64,000 bases of DNA from assembly GCF_006345805.1 (NCBI RefSeq), contig NC_042999.1, positions 56,544,001 through 56,608,000 on the forward strand, written 5' to 3'. The position numbers and the translations under genes are program-made. The notes under the pieces are model-generated. The model ran no database searches, was not told the DNA's origin, and saw only the letters and a program-made list of their open reading frames with translations. The stretch comes from Octopus sinensis (lineage: Eukaryota). Of this stretch, positions 50,716 to 62,978 are shown piece by piece; positions within the stretch are counted from its first letter, which is position 1; each line of letters opens with the position of its first letter.

Positions 50716-53700
50716 GGTAGTAGTAGTGGTAGTGGTGGAGGAAGAGGACAAAACAAATCAAAGGAAATATGGAAACGTGTGAGAGATGTTTGAAATACTA
50801 TATGAGATGGGCATGGATGGAATGAAAGAGGGAGATTCTCTTTATGATGATAGAAAGGTGACAGATATGATATAACTGGAAGTAATCAAAAGGAGGAGCA
50901 GATCTGAGGCACGGGATGACTATGAGTATCTGAAGGTTTTATAGGTGAGTACTTCTGGATTTATAGAGTATTTGGAGGTTTACAGAGGTGAATATATCAA
51001 AGTTTACACCCATGCTGGCACCATATAAAAAGCAGCCATGCTGGTGCCACATGAAAAAGCACCCAGTACATGTGTGAAGTGGTTGACATTAGGAAGGGCA
51101 CCCAGCCATAGAAGCCATGCCAAAACAGACACTTGGAGCCTGGTGCAGCTCTCTGGTTTGCCAGCTCCTGTCAAACTGTCCAACCCATACATCATCATCA
51201 TCATCATTTAACGTCCGATTTCCACACTAGCATGGGTTGGACGGTTCGACCGGGGTTCTAGAAGCCATGGAGGCTGCACCAGGCTCTAGTCTGATTTGGC
51301 AGTGTTTCTACAGCTGGATGCCCTTCCTAACGCCAATCACTCCATGAGTGTAGTGGGTGTTTTTTACGTGCCACTGGCACAGGGGCCAGAGCAGGCTGGC
51401 AAACGACCACGATCGGTTGGTGCTTTTACATGTCACCGACACGGATGACAGCAAGGTGGCGCTGGCATCGACCACATACGGACGGTGCTTTTTACTTGTC
51501 ACCGGCATGGGTGTCTTAACTACAATTTCCATTTGAGTTTTTATTTTGATGTTGATGTACTTGACTCAACAGGTCTCCTCAAGAACAAGGGGTCACTCTG
51601 CGATCCAAGGTTAGCAGAGCAGGCCGTCCTGCGAGCCATGAACTCACTTCATTTATCGGGTCCTCGAAGTCACGGCATATCTCCAGAGGTCTCGGTCTTT
51701 CGTCATCAGCATGGAAAACAGACATTAAATGATGATGATGATGATGGCTGAGGTGAGTATATAAAAAGCTAAAAAGTGCGTATCTGAAAGTCTATGGAGA
51801 TGAATATTTAAAGGCTTATAATACAAATAACTAGTATTCACCTAACATATCTCATGATAAATATTTCAACTACATCAATACAGCACCACCAAATTTTTAT
51901 TGTTCTTATCAAATTCATTAAGAATCTTCATTAAATTTTTTTTTAAAAAGCTTCCTTACTTTCTTTTTTTTTTTTTTTTTGTCCCTGCTTGCCAAGTCTT
52001 CTAGAAAATATTCCAGAACACAGGTTCATTCTGTTCTGTACAGAATATAAGGGGTACGAATTGACTGTCAGCCATAAATTTCAATATCTGTGAGCTTGTA
52101 AGTGTGTGTGTGTGTGTGTGTGTGAAAGAGAGAGAGAGAGAGAGAAAGAGAAAGAAAGTGAGAGAAAAGCGTCATGTGTATTAAGCAATTATCACAAAAG
52201 GATATGAAGTTCCCAAAGATGAATGAAAGGTGTTAAGGTGAAACATCAGTATCTGAGGAAGAAGAAACAGGACAAGCTTGCTTCCTGACCACATGGTTCC
52301 AGGTTCAGTCCCACTGTATGGCACCTTGGGCAAGTGTATTCTACTATAGCCATGGGCCAACTAAAGCCTTGTGAGTAGATGTGTTAAATGGAAACTGAAA
52401 TGAAGCTTGTCATAAATATGTGTGCTTGTGTCCATCCAACCACCACTTGACAACCAGTGTCAGTGTGTTTACATCCCATGATTTTGCAGTTCGGCAAAGG
52501 AGACCGATAGAATAGATACCCAGCTTAAAAAAAAATATAATTACTGGGGTCAATTCATTAATACCCCAGTATGGCCACAGTCAGAAGACTGAAACAAGCA
52601 AAAGAGAAAAAGATATACTGGAAGAGAGGTACTTACAGATGTTAACAAATTCCGTCTTTCATCTGAAATAAAAGAATATAACAAAGTTAAACATGGTCCC
52701 ACAAATCAGTGAGAGAGAGAGCGAGCGAGAGGGAGAGAAAGAGAGAGTGGGAGTCTGCTGTAAAGAGAGCAGAAGTGAATTTTTAAAAAAAATCGATTTT
52801 CTCCATTAACAAAAACATCCTTACAATACTCTCCCATGCTGGTGGCATGCAATAAGCACCAGTCAGGCATGGGTTATTGCCAGTGCCACCTGGCTAGCTC
52901 CCCGTGCCAGTAGCATGTAAAAAGCACCATCCGAACATGGCCCGATGCCAGTGCTGCCTGACTGGCTCCCATGCCGATGGCATGTAAAAAGCACCTGCTA
53001 CACTCTTGGAGTGGTTGGCGTTAGGAAGGGCATCCAGCTGTAGAAACATTGTCAGATCAGATTGGAGCATGGTGTGGCCTCCTGGCTTGCCAGTCCCCAG
53101 ACAAACCGTCCAACCTATGCCAGCATGGAAAATGGATATCAAACAATGATGCTGATGACCTTCAGGAAACCCACAACAATCTTCCAGAATTTGAAATTTA
53201 CAGAATGGAGAAGCACATGGATTTATCTGTATCTTTGCAATAAACTATAAGGAACAGTAAATTGCATTTCACATTATCATAGGCTGTACACAGACAACAA
53301 CTAGAGGACGCCTACACAAGGGAACAAGTATAGTAAAATGAGGTGCAAGCATGGCTTCCCAATCAAATGGTCTTGAGTTCAGTCAGTGTATTTCATTAAC
53401 CGGTATGCTTTTTCCACTAAATAAATACAAAACATAATATAGAGCACGTCATATGTAAACAAACATAAGTTTGTTTTTGAAGTGCTGAAATGTAGAACAA
53501 GTAGAAAGATAAATTTTTGCAACACATAAATACTGAACAGTATACCATAAATCCTCGGGTATAGTCCGCCCTTGAGTATAATACGCAGGGGATTTTTAGG
53601 GGGCTGTACCTTTGAAAATTCTAAACCTTGTGTATAATACGCACCCCTTCTCTAACTTGAGTCAAGGAGGTCTATATAACGTCCTTGGTTTGTAAAAATG

Positions 53701-56700
53701 TATACGGTAACATCCTTTATTACTATTGTATATATAACATAATGCAAACGTGTAGCATTTTTGTGCATTTTGTTTGCAGAAAATAAAGAAATAACAGTAA
53801 TAACGTTTAATAAATGTTCCTTAATGCAAGTTATGGATGATTCTTTTATGACTTCATTGCTTTCAGGCTTAGCTTAAGGTATTTTTGCGCCTGAATAAAC
53901 ATTGCCGGACAGCAAATAGAGACTCGGACATTCCTTGGAAAATAATTTTCATTTTTAACCTCGTATATAGTACGCACTAGGGATTTTGACCTTTAAATTT
54001 TGGGAAAAAAATGTGGATTATACTCGAGGATTTACGGTATATAAAATTGCAGAAGAATTCGCCGGTTGGCAGTGTAGCTTAAAGGGTAGAGCACTCTGAT
54101 CGGATATTGGAGGGTGTGAGTTCGATCCTCATAGCTGGTTGCTGGAAAATTTATCTGCTCTTAAGAGGAGTTTATCCTTTACATATGCTGTTCAGTATTT
54201 ACATGTTGAAAAAATATATCTTTCTACTTGTTATAAAATAATATATTTTAGGGATTTTTAAAAGAATAGCAAAACTGAGGCTGCTTTTTTACTTGCAAGG
54301 TTCTTGGTGACCCTGCCAGTGATGGTGCTATGAAAAAAGCACCAGTGCTGGTGCCACATAAAAAGCACTGGTGCTGGTGCCTTGTAAAAAATGCTGGTAT
54401 TACATTAAAAGTGCCCAGCATACTCTGTAAAGTGGATGGCATTAAGAAGGGCATCCAACAGTAGGAACCATGTCAAAACAGACAAATGGAGCCTGGTCCA
54501 GCTCCTGTCAAACCGTCCAACCCATGACAGCATGGAAAACAGACGTTGAATGATGATGATGATGTTTACTTACCAAGGGACATATTTTCATAATTTGTGA
54601 CACTATCTGGAGAAGCTTCACCTGGAGAAAACAACGATAGTAATTAGCTTTAAAGCTAGTAATTAAAAACATAATACATTGCTAACAACAGAAGTCATTA
54701 AATTCATCTGTTTAGCCATTCCTCCTCATCCTCACACACTGTTTCACTGATCTTGTTGTGAAAAGGTCAGGTATATCCGCTGATACACAGATTGGTAGTG
54801 TGTTAGAGAACAACAGACCAATGGGCAGTTATCATCAGTGGTGGTCATTTCCATCTCATAAAAGAAAATAACATCAACAATGAAAATTAATAGTTTTATG
54901 TTAAAGATTCACAAAATCACCTGATTGAGGAAGAGAGAGAGAGAGAGAGAGTGAAATAGAGAGAGAGGAAGAAAGTGAAACAGAGAGAGAGGAAGAGAGT
55001 GAAACAGAGAGGGGGAGAAATGGAATGGGAGAGAGAGGAAGAAAGTGAGATAGAGAGAGGGGGAGGGAGGAGAGAAAAGAAAGACTCACCATTTTTCGTT
55101 TTATTGGTTTTTGCTTTTCTTGTTGGACCATTATTTGTGGAACTTTTCTCTTTCTTGTTTTTCTTTCCTGAAACATTCGAAACAGATTCAACCATAAAAA
55201 TGTTGGATATTTACAAAACCCTAAAATCGTAGATGGTGGACAGTGGACTGACCTCAAACTCCACCAAACAAAACCCCACCTCACTATTATTGTTCTCTTG
55301 TTACATTAATTTAAACTAAAGGACAGACTGGGACTCTGTGATGTTCATGCTTTTCTCACTACCATTTGATGAATTCAAAAATCTAAGGAGCAGACTCAAC
55401 TCAACATCTCCCTTAACACTGCCATCTGGCCTCTGAGTGGAGCCCCCACCCATTATTATTAAGCATCTGTCTTCTATGCTAGCATGGGTTGGACAGTTAG
55501 ACAGAAGCTGGCAAGCCAGAGAACTGCACTATGCTCCATTTGTCTGTTTTGGCATGTTTTTCATGGCTGGATGCACTTCATAACACCAACCACTTTACAG
55601 AGTAGAGTCTGCAATTATTTCAAGCTGGATCTCAAGTCTTTCTTTCATCCCATATGCATCCAATCATTCATACACACTAACATCACACACCTAGTGGAGC
55701 ATACATGCTTCATTTCTTTTCAAGCTTTAACACATCCTCAACATTCAATGCCCATGCTTTGTTACCATACTTGGAGAAAGAGTGTCTTAGTTGCCAATAC
55801 ATGTAATATCTTCCTGAACTTAATCCACCCTGTTCTTTAGTCTGTTTACTCTATTTTCAGAGATCCTTCCTCCACTGTGAATTAGATCTAGTAAGTAAGA
55901 GAAGCTCAATCAACTACTTTTATGTTCCTATCCCTCTATCATACTTTAACCTCTCAACACCCAACATAAAAGCCACCTCCCCACTCTCTCTGCAATTCAT
56001 CTCATCTAAAGGGATCTTTAGACTTGCAAGATACATGGTAACCTCACTAATGCTGGTGCCATGAAAAAGAGACCTTGTACAGCTTTTAGCATTAAGAAGG
56101 CTATCCAGTCATAGAAACCATGCCAAAACTGAGACACTAGAGCACAATGTGGTCCTTTGACTTGTTGGATCCTGTCAAACCATCCAACCTATGCCAGTAT
56201 GGCACATGGGGACATGAAACACTAATGATGATATTGATAATGATAATAATGACAATATAATAATGATGGTGGTGATGAAGATGATGATGATGGTGGTACC
56301 TTCTGTATGGACTTCCTATCTATTCCTGTTCTTCATATCATACAGGGTACTACCCAGAGATCATCATTCCTCTAAATAACACAAACATTATCATTGTTAG
56401 GTTTATTTAAAATCTCTTCATTCTAGGCTTTGCTTCCACATTTCAAATGTCTTCTCAAAACCTTCAATAGGTATCTTAAGCTGAGTTACCAGCTTAAGCT
56501 ATTTGAACACCCAAACAAACAAATGCATTACACAGGAAGTACATAGACTCCTTAGGGGACAAACAAAGAAATACATTAGAATAATAACAAACTTACTTTT
56601 CTTATCTGGGTAGGTCCAGTCATTGTCATTGTCATCATCCAGACTCTCATCACTGTCCCGTTTCAATGTTGTCGTAGCAATTCTGGTAAATTAATTACAA

Positions 56701-59700
56701 AATAAAGCATTAAGAAGCAATATCACAGACACTGGAACTACATCAACATGGGACACGGTTGCTGCTGCATTCAACATGGCTTACAATAAATTTCACATCA
56801 ACCGAAACTAGTTACAATATTTCTTAGAAAAAAAACCAAAACAAACTAAAGTCATGGAACCAGATTTTACCGCAGGGGAAAATTTTATGGGAAAAATTGA
56901 GGAGTAAAAAAGATTTTTAGTGTTGAGATTATTCCGTCTGATGTAATGCTTATTTATTTGCTCGTTTTGAATAACTTATCCATTGTTTTGTAGCATTGAG
57001 ATTTCGATGATGCAATTATTTATTTTTAGAATAATATTGTAGGGCAGGTTTGAGAGGCGGAATATGGCCAGTGTGAACATAAAAACAGGTGTTATTAATA
57101 TTCGGAATGGATATCCAACCCAAATATTCTTTTATTCTTTTACTTGTTTCAGTCATTTGACTGCAGCCATGCTGGAGCACCGCCTTTACGAACAAATCGA
57201 CCCCAGGACTTATTCTTTGTAAGCCTAGTACTTATTCTATCGATCTCTTTTTATGAAGTCACAGGGACTAAACATACCAGCATCGGTTGTCAAGCAATGG
57301 TGGTGGGACAAACACAGACGCACAAATATATACATATATACAACGAGCTTCTTTCAGTTTCCGTCTACCAAATCCACTCACAAGGCTTTGGTTGGCCCGA
57401 GGCTATAGTAGAAGACACTTGCTCAAGGTGCCACACAGTGGGGACTGAACGCAGAACCATGTGGTTGGTAAGCAAGCTACTTACCACACAACCACTCCTG
57501 TGCAGACTCAGCCACTCACACTTACCCTACAATATCACATTATCAAAATCTTGAAGTTATGAGATAATGAATGATTAATCTGACAGAATGATCTGAATGG
57601 CAGAGGGTTAAATCATTAAAAATTAAATCTGCAGTGAAGAGAGTAATTATCAAGAAAGACATGGGAGATAAATCTGGAGCCCAGATTCATTACAAACTGA
57701 GCAGCAAGTGCATAGGAGAGAATGAATATGATATCAATAAGGAATTGTTGAAATGTGTCTTACCTTTTACTTGCTATTCTGGAACTATTTCTGCCCATAC
57801 CCATACATTTTTCTAAGTGTGGAGCAAATCGTGACGCTGCTAGGTGTCGCTGGCAGTTAGGACATGTGCATTCAAACTGTTTTTTTGTCGGCACTTGACC
57901 AAATACATCAACCCCAGATTTGTAGACAATTTCTTTGAAAGAAAGTAAAAAAAACAGTATAAATAAATATATATATATACACACACACACACACAATCAA
58001 GCAATACTCACTGACATAAACAAAAATCTCTCTCTCCACACTTTCAAAGTAAAAATAAAATACATATGTCATTGTTTAATGTCCGTTTTCTATGCTGACA
58101 CGAAGCTGGACAGACTCCAACTGTCTGTTGTGGCATGTTTTCTACAGCTGGATTCCCTTCCTAATGCCAACAACTTGACAAAGTGTGTTGAGTGCTTTTT
58201 ATGTGCTACCAACATGGGTGCATTTACGCAACACCAGCACAGGTACCTTTTATGTAACACCTGAAAGAACAAGCCTGCATGAGTGGAAGAGAGCAATTTT
58301 ACTTAGCTTGACTGCCTCAGCATGTTGGCATAGTACTCTACATTGAAGTGTGTGGCCCTTTTGAAGTTAGTCAGTAACTAACTTTTGCATCCCAGAATGC
58401 TGAGGCCACCATATTCCTAGGTGATGAAAACAACCTTGTCCTTGTTTGAAGCAGGTGAGGAGGCAGGGACAGTTTCCACTGCCTGGATTGTCTCTGGCTC
58501 AGGTGATGAACCCAACACTCATCCTGGCTTAGGAAACGTTCAAGGTCACCAGCTGGATTTGCCTCAAACAATGTCAGATTTTCTTGTAATGCAATTAGCT
58601 TGGTGCACTTTTGACCAGGTGTTAGAAGACATGGCACCCACCGATAAGAAACTGTTGTCATGCTAAGTTCATTATGCAGAATATGCTCAATTCCCACATG
58701 GGATATGCTCATAGCATTGGCTATTTGATTTATAGTCAATCACCTGTCATGCATCAGTATGTGGTGAAAACAATGTTTTTTCTAGGTGGTGGCAGAACAT
58801 TCAAACCCTTCCCCTTCTAAATTCAGTTGCCCACTTTTGCATTGTTGATAAATCTGGAGCATCATTCCTTAATGTAGCAACCATGTCAGCATGAATGTCC
58901 TTGGGGGTTAACCCCTTTTTATGCAGGTACTTGATAACCCCATGATGCTAAATTTTGTCCATTTTCAAAAGAAGTAGCTACCAGTTACTTATGAAGTCTT
59001 CTTTGAACAGTCAGATGTCAGTTTACCTGGAAGGAAACCTTGCAGTTATGAATAAAAAGGGTTGAAATAAATGCATGCAAGATTTCACAGCTCTGACATC
59101 ACCCCTTCATAGTCAGCCTTTCAGCCGACCTTCAAATTATTTTTATAACTAAACATTATTAGGAATTGTATAAAAAATTGTTCAGACATTTTGGATATTG
59201 TAGGAACACAGCCAATTTATGGCACATAAATTTCAAGAGCAAAATCTTAATTGGATCCTCACTGTTTTAGTGTGTCTTCCTTGTTGGCATGGGTTGGATA
59301 CTTTGACAGGATCTGATGGATTTGAGGATTGTGTTGGGTTCTAGTGTCTGCTTTGATATGGTTTCTAAGGCTAGATGTCCTTCCTAGCACCAGGGTGCCT
59401 TTTCTGTGGCATCAGTACATTGCAAGACTAAGATCCCCTTTGACTGTGTGGAACTACAGCAGAGAGTGAGGTGGCTTTATGCCAGGTGAATGAATATCCA
59501 CCATCCTCATATGCCATAATCCTCACCATCTTTTAACACCTGTCTTCTACATTGACATGGCTTTTATGGTTTGACAACATCCATCAGATCTAAGGATTGC
59601 ATTGAGTTCCAATGTTAACTTTAGATGCCCTTCCTAATGCCAACCCCTTTACAGCATATACTGGGCATTTTTATCTTCTGGGGGCCCAGCACTTGTGAGG

Positions 59701-60703
59701 TTGCCATGCAGCTCACAAGACTAAGATCTTCTTTGACTGAGAGAGGCTAGAGTTGAAGTGGGGGCAGTTGTATGCTAAAAGAGGGTTTAAAGTATGAAAG
59801 AAGGGGTCAAAAGAGAACAGATTTCTTGCAGTAGAGGAGAAGCTTGGTGAAGTGAGGAATTTCCTGCAGACTGTTAAGAGTTTCATGGAAAAATATAAGT
59901 TATTATTGTTTTCTAAAATATAATTTAACCCTTTCATTACTGAAATTATTTTGAGATGTTCTGTGTTTCTTTCAATCAATTTTAAATATAACAAAGAATT
60001 TAGTAAAATAACCTAGTTATCATTAAGCTAGTGTTAGGAACATAAATTGTGACTAAGATTTGGTGGAAGATTTTAATTCAAAACTTATGAAAACAAAACA
60101 TTTGTACTACAGAGCCAGAGGTGGTTTCAATCGGGATTCTATTAAAAGGGTTAAATAGCATTGAAGGCATGTGGCTTAGGAGTTAGCATATTTGGATCAC
60201 GACTCTAAGGTTGTGAGTTCAATTCCCGGCGACACGTGTCCTTGAGCAAGACATTTTATTTCACGTTGCTCCAGTCCAATAAGCTGGCAAAAATGAGTTG
60301 TACCAGTAATTCTAAGGGGCCAACCTTGTTACACTTTGTGTCACACTGAATCTTGCTGTGTTAAGAGTAAGCATGTCTGTGGAGTGCTCAGCCATTTGCA
60401 CATTAATTTCACAAGCAGGCTATTCTGTTGATTGGATCAACTGGAACATTCACTGCCAGTTTTAAATACCATTATCATAATTATTGCTTTGTCATCCACT
60501 TTTCCATGCTTGAATTTGTTGAGACAGATCTCCTTCAGTGAGGCACCCTTCCTGTCAATAACACTCACTGTTTCTAAGTAGGAGAATATTTTCCTATAGC
60601 TGGACAGGTTTCCACAAGAAAATCAGAAGTGAATGACATCACTTGCATGATGGTGATACTCACTCACAACTTCCATGCAATCTCAAGACAGTAACACACA
60701 TAC

Positions 60704-60746
<43 letters not shown>

Positions 60747-62732
60747 GGATATACGACAGGCTTCTTTTGATTTCCATCAACCAGGTCCACTTTAGTCAGA
60801 TTGAGGCTATAGTAGAAGACACTTGCGCAGGGTGCCATGCTGTGAGATTGAACCCAAAACCATGGGGTTGGGATAAAAACTTTACCACACAGCCACACTT
60901 AAATACAAATATATTTAATATAATTTTCAATATGAAACACTGACACACAACTTTTCTAACTTACCATGTTCTTTATGAGACCTGAAAATAGAAGAAACAA
61001 AGGATAATTAAGCATTTAGAGAATATTTCAATTTTTTTCTGCAAGACATACACATATTCACATTTAGTCATCATCATCATCATCATTTAATGTCTGTTTT
61101 CCATGCTGGCATGGGTTGGACGGTTTGACTGGGGTCTGGGAAGTCAGGAGGCTGCATCAGACTCCAATCTGATCTGGAAATGTTTCTACAGTTGGATGCC
61201 CTTCCTAATGCCAACCACTCCTAGAGTGTAGTGGGTGCTTTTTACGTACCACCGGCAGAGGGGGAACATAATTATTTCTAACAAAAGAATGAGGCCACAA
61301 GTTGGTTATTACATCAACCCCAGTTAGTCCACTGGTACTGACAGTAAACACTGACAAAATAATGTGCACTCGGAACATGCTATTTTGTCCGTAAGTACCA
61401 GTGGACTACTGGGTTGATGTAACAATGACCGATTCCATCTTCATGTGACATTTTTAATGGTAGATTGCAACAATAACCAGAGTCACAGCAAAGTCAAGAA
61501 GAGAAACATAGCAGAATGTGAAGTTAGGTTAGATGTTCATTTGGTGAACCTGCATGGAAGAGCCTCTTCAGTCAATGGTCAGTCTAGGGTCAACTAATCC
61601 AGTTGCTGCCAGTTGATAGAAATGGCTATTCATCAACTCACTTTAATTACTTGAAAACACTATGAGAGTTGTGGAATTTCATAGTGTCAACAACTGAAGC
61701 TGGATGACTAGTAATAGTAGAACAATATGGTTTCCCATTGCATTGTGCAGGCCAATGAGAGGATTCAGACCCACATACAACACTTGATGGATTCTACTGC
61801 TAATGGTAACACTAAGCTGGGACCACAGCTAAAACTCAATGGATGAGCAATGGTTGTAGTTGAAATCCCAGACAAGAGGTGGCTGTGTCTGTCTCTCAAT
61901 GAAGGCCTCAAACACAACCACCGCTCTTTGCTGCACCCATTTGTTGTGTTTTCATGATCTCTTCATTACTAGGGTCGATTCTGTTAGCATTTGTCTCTTC
62001 ACAAGCACTCACAGGCAGTGAGGCTTAATGTTCAGAGTTGCCCTTCTCTTAGACAAGCTGCCTTCTAAGGCTGCCAAGCCCTGACTTCACCCTGCTATAC
62101 CACCAGGGTAGATATATACACAGTGCTGCCTCCTCACTCCTAATTATCATACAACACTCTGGACAGACATTAACCCAGAATTTCTAAATACCAACACAAT
62201 GAGAAAATAACTATTTGTAAATCTCACAACGAGAGATATTCAGCAACAGTACTTTGGAGTAAAGATTGTTTGCCAACATAACATGGCAGTCCTGGTTGAG
62301 GACGAATGTTGCTGTAATTTAGCCCCAGGATGAATGTTGCTGTAATTTAGCCACGGATTGTGTCGTATAGCCAGCTGGAGATGATGTCTCCTGGGGCTAA
62401 ATTACAGCAACATTCGTCCTAAACCAGGACTGCCATGTTATGTTGGCAAACAATCTTTACTCTACCAACACTACTGTTAGATAATGGTTGAGCCTGAGTT
62501 GGGTTCGTCTGTCTATTAAAAAGTAGTTCTGTTGTTTGATACATTCTCAATGTTTATGGAGTCTAGATGCAGTAAACACCCCAAAATAAGAAAGTAAGAA
62601 ACCCAAATTTCCTTACCATGGATCTGTATCCCCTAAAAATAAGGTTCCAATTTTTGCTGACCGGTGCACTTCAAAACACACTCCCAATGTTACTTCATCG
62701 ATCAGGTCAGCTGTCACATCACCAACAGCAGT
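43696..62732 (-). CDS. ATXN7L3: Ataxin-7-like protein 3 / SAGA DUB-module subunit Sgf11. Exons in transcript order: 62732-62617, 60981-60965, 57932-57764, 56682-56597, 55167-55090, 54621-54574, 52662-52637, 50254-50124, 46455-46322, 43892-43696; start exon not resolved
   Basis: In-frame join: [38 protein letters not shown]|WSHKEH|[13 protein letters not shown]...[37 protein letters not shown] (Sgf11 zinc finger)|...DWTYPDKK|RKKNKKEK...|...YENMSL|DERRNLLTS|[22 protein letters not shown] (SCA7 domain)...|...SLYDFV*. Confidence 0.97.
44073..44240 (+). mobile_element. tRNA-derived SINE family B (further copies near 1205, 5775, 37255, 47745, 57345, 60745 on -; 10360, 33050, 36690, 37735, 45215, 52275 on +)
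   Basis: ggcgcaggagtggctgtgtggtaagaagcttgcttcccaaccacatggttccaggttcagtcccactg...gccttgtgagtagatttggtagacagaaact. Confidence 0.9.
44560..45120 (+). mobile_element. RTE LINE 3' end (RT C-terminus, repetitive 3' UTR, (TGA)n tail). Many 5'-truncated copies: ~9000, 12060, 13130, 33300, 35780, 40690, 51000-51745, 52840, 54300, 55480, 56050, 58070, 59280, 61070
   Basis: [24 protein letters not shown] followed by ggcacataaaaagcacc units and aacccatgccagcatggaaaatggacgttaaatga. Confidence 0.85.
46322..46455 (-). CDS. ATXN7L3: ATXN7L3 exon ([29 protein letters not shown]...SSSN)
   Basis: aatttcag acceptor; G|gtaaat donor; phase 2-1. Confidence 0.9.
46852..46898 (-). ncRNA. Minimal type-I hammerhead motif with G3:C8 core variant (stem II damaged)
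   Basis: UUGUCA GUGAACA G GUCAGUCUCAAAGCAAC GAA AAUAUU U UGACAA. Confidence 0.6.
47130..47620 (-). mobile_element. Penelope-like element relic (GIY-YIG endonuclease region)
   Basis: [57 protein letters not shown]...SLSCSIWRL matches the PLE pattern CNC....CPL.G.C....VVY.A......K.YIG.T...FK.RY..H..SF......LS..IW.L. Confidence 0.75.
48490..48856 (+). mobile_element. Non-autonomous Helitron
   Basis: A|TCTTTATATATAAAAG 5' end; subterminal hairpin CCCGAGCAACGCCGGG (48829-48844); CTAG|T 3' end; no TSD. Confidence 0.9.
48862..49720 (+). mobile_element. Degenerate RTE LINE fragment (EN-RT linker and RT start)
   Basis: [16 protein letters not shown]; MPND..SS..VNYYKGK.D...[16 protein letters not shown]. 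Confidence 0.85.
50124..50254 (-). CDS. ATXN7L3: ATXN7L3 SCA7-domain exon
   Basis: [26 protein letters not shown]; ctttacttcag acceptor; GA|gtaaga donor. Confidence 0.96.
52637..52662 (-). CDS. ATXN7L3: ATXN7L3 26-nt microexon (DERRNLLTS)
   Basis: cttttatttcag|ATGAAAGACGGAATTTGTTAACATCT|gtaagt; matches EELRSLLTT of vertebrate ATXN7L3. Confidence 0.92.
53545..54037. mobile_element. Tc1/pogo-type MITE
   Basis: TA|CCATAAATCCTCGGGTATAGTCC ... GGATTATACTCGAGGATTTACGG|TA. Confidence 0.85.
54574..54621 (-). CDS. ATXN7L3: ATXN7L3 48-nt exon ([16 protein letters not shown])
   Basis: gttttctccag acceptor; G|gtaagt donor; phase 1-1. Confidence 0.88.
55090..55167 (-). CDS. ATXN7L3: ATXN7L3 basic (NLS-like) exon ([25 protein letters not shown])
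   Basis: tttcag acceptor; G|gtgagt donor; phase 1-1. Confidence 0.88.
56597..56682 (-). CDS. ATXN7L3: ATXN7L3 exon ([28 protein letters not shown])
   Basis: tttaccag acceptor; A|gtaagt donor; acidic tract + DW motif as in homologs. Confidence 0.92.
57764..57932 (-). CDS. ATXN7L3: ATXN7L3 Sgf11 zinc-finger exon
   Basis: [34 protein letters not shown]; AG|gtaag donor. Confidence 0.97.
58330..59150 (-). mobile_element. Degenerate mariner transposase
   Basis: ORF 58371-58739: [24 protein letters not shown] ... QDECWVHH ... MVAS.FWDAK. Confidence 0.9.
59929..60150. mobile_element. piggyBac-like MITE
   Basis: TTAA|CCCTTT...AAAGGG|TTAA; right-end fragment of the same family near 33765-33845. Confidence 0.85.
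60965..60981 (-). CDS. ATXN7L3: ATXN7L3 17-nt microexon (W-S-H-K-E-H-E)
   Basis: ttcttctattttcag|GTCTCATAAAGAACATG|gtaagt; supplies the phase 2->1 bridge required between the flanking exons. Confidence 0.9.
61980..62063 (-). ncRNA. Degenerate HDV-like ribozyme fold in an RTE 5' UTR relic
   Basis: P1 AGGCAG/CTGCCT, P2 TCTG/CAGA, P4 TTGT/ACAA and J4/2 GCTAA in the correct order; P3/P1.1 not intact. Confidence 0.4.
62200..62462 (-). mobile_element. Foldback element copy 3 (internally deleted, with a 25-bp internal duplication)
   Basis: Same ends as copy 2; 9-bp TSD TACCAACAC (62189-62197 / 62463-62471). Confidence 0.85.
62617..62732 (-). CDS. ATXN7L3: ATXN7L3 exon, N-terminal helix (Sus1/ENY2-binding region)
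   Basis: gtatttttcag acceptor; TG|gtaagg donor; LG.CFEVHR..K.G motif. Confidence 0.93.
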
Positions 62733-62978
62733 CTGAAAAATACATACAATATATTTGAATTAGACAAGTTAATTTATGTTAAAATATGTGTACCAATATC
62801 ATGGTTATTATCAGGATTGTATTTTGCAACCCTGCAAAATACAACTGATCTTTACACACAGACGCACAGAATAACAGCAATCAAATAGCAACAGCAGAGT
62901 GCATAACAAACACCAGCGATCTATCTGACTGTCGCCTGTACTCTTGACAAGAGATGCCAGTTAGTCTTTTACACCTAC

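Noticed and set aside
53152-53172. CTGATGA...GAAAC
   Set aside because: No stem II or stem I pairing; chance match at an RTE tail.
54068-54140. tRNA-like sequence (also 36243-36316 on -, 28660-28730, 13429-13490)
   Set aside because: D- and T-arms and A/B boxes are present, but acceptor and anticodon stems do not pair and SINE bodies follow. These are SINE heads, not tRNA genes.
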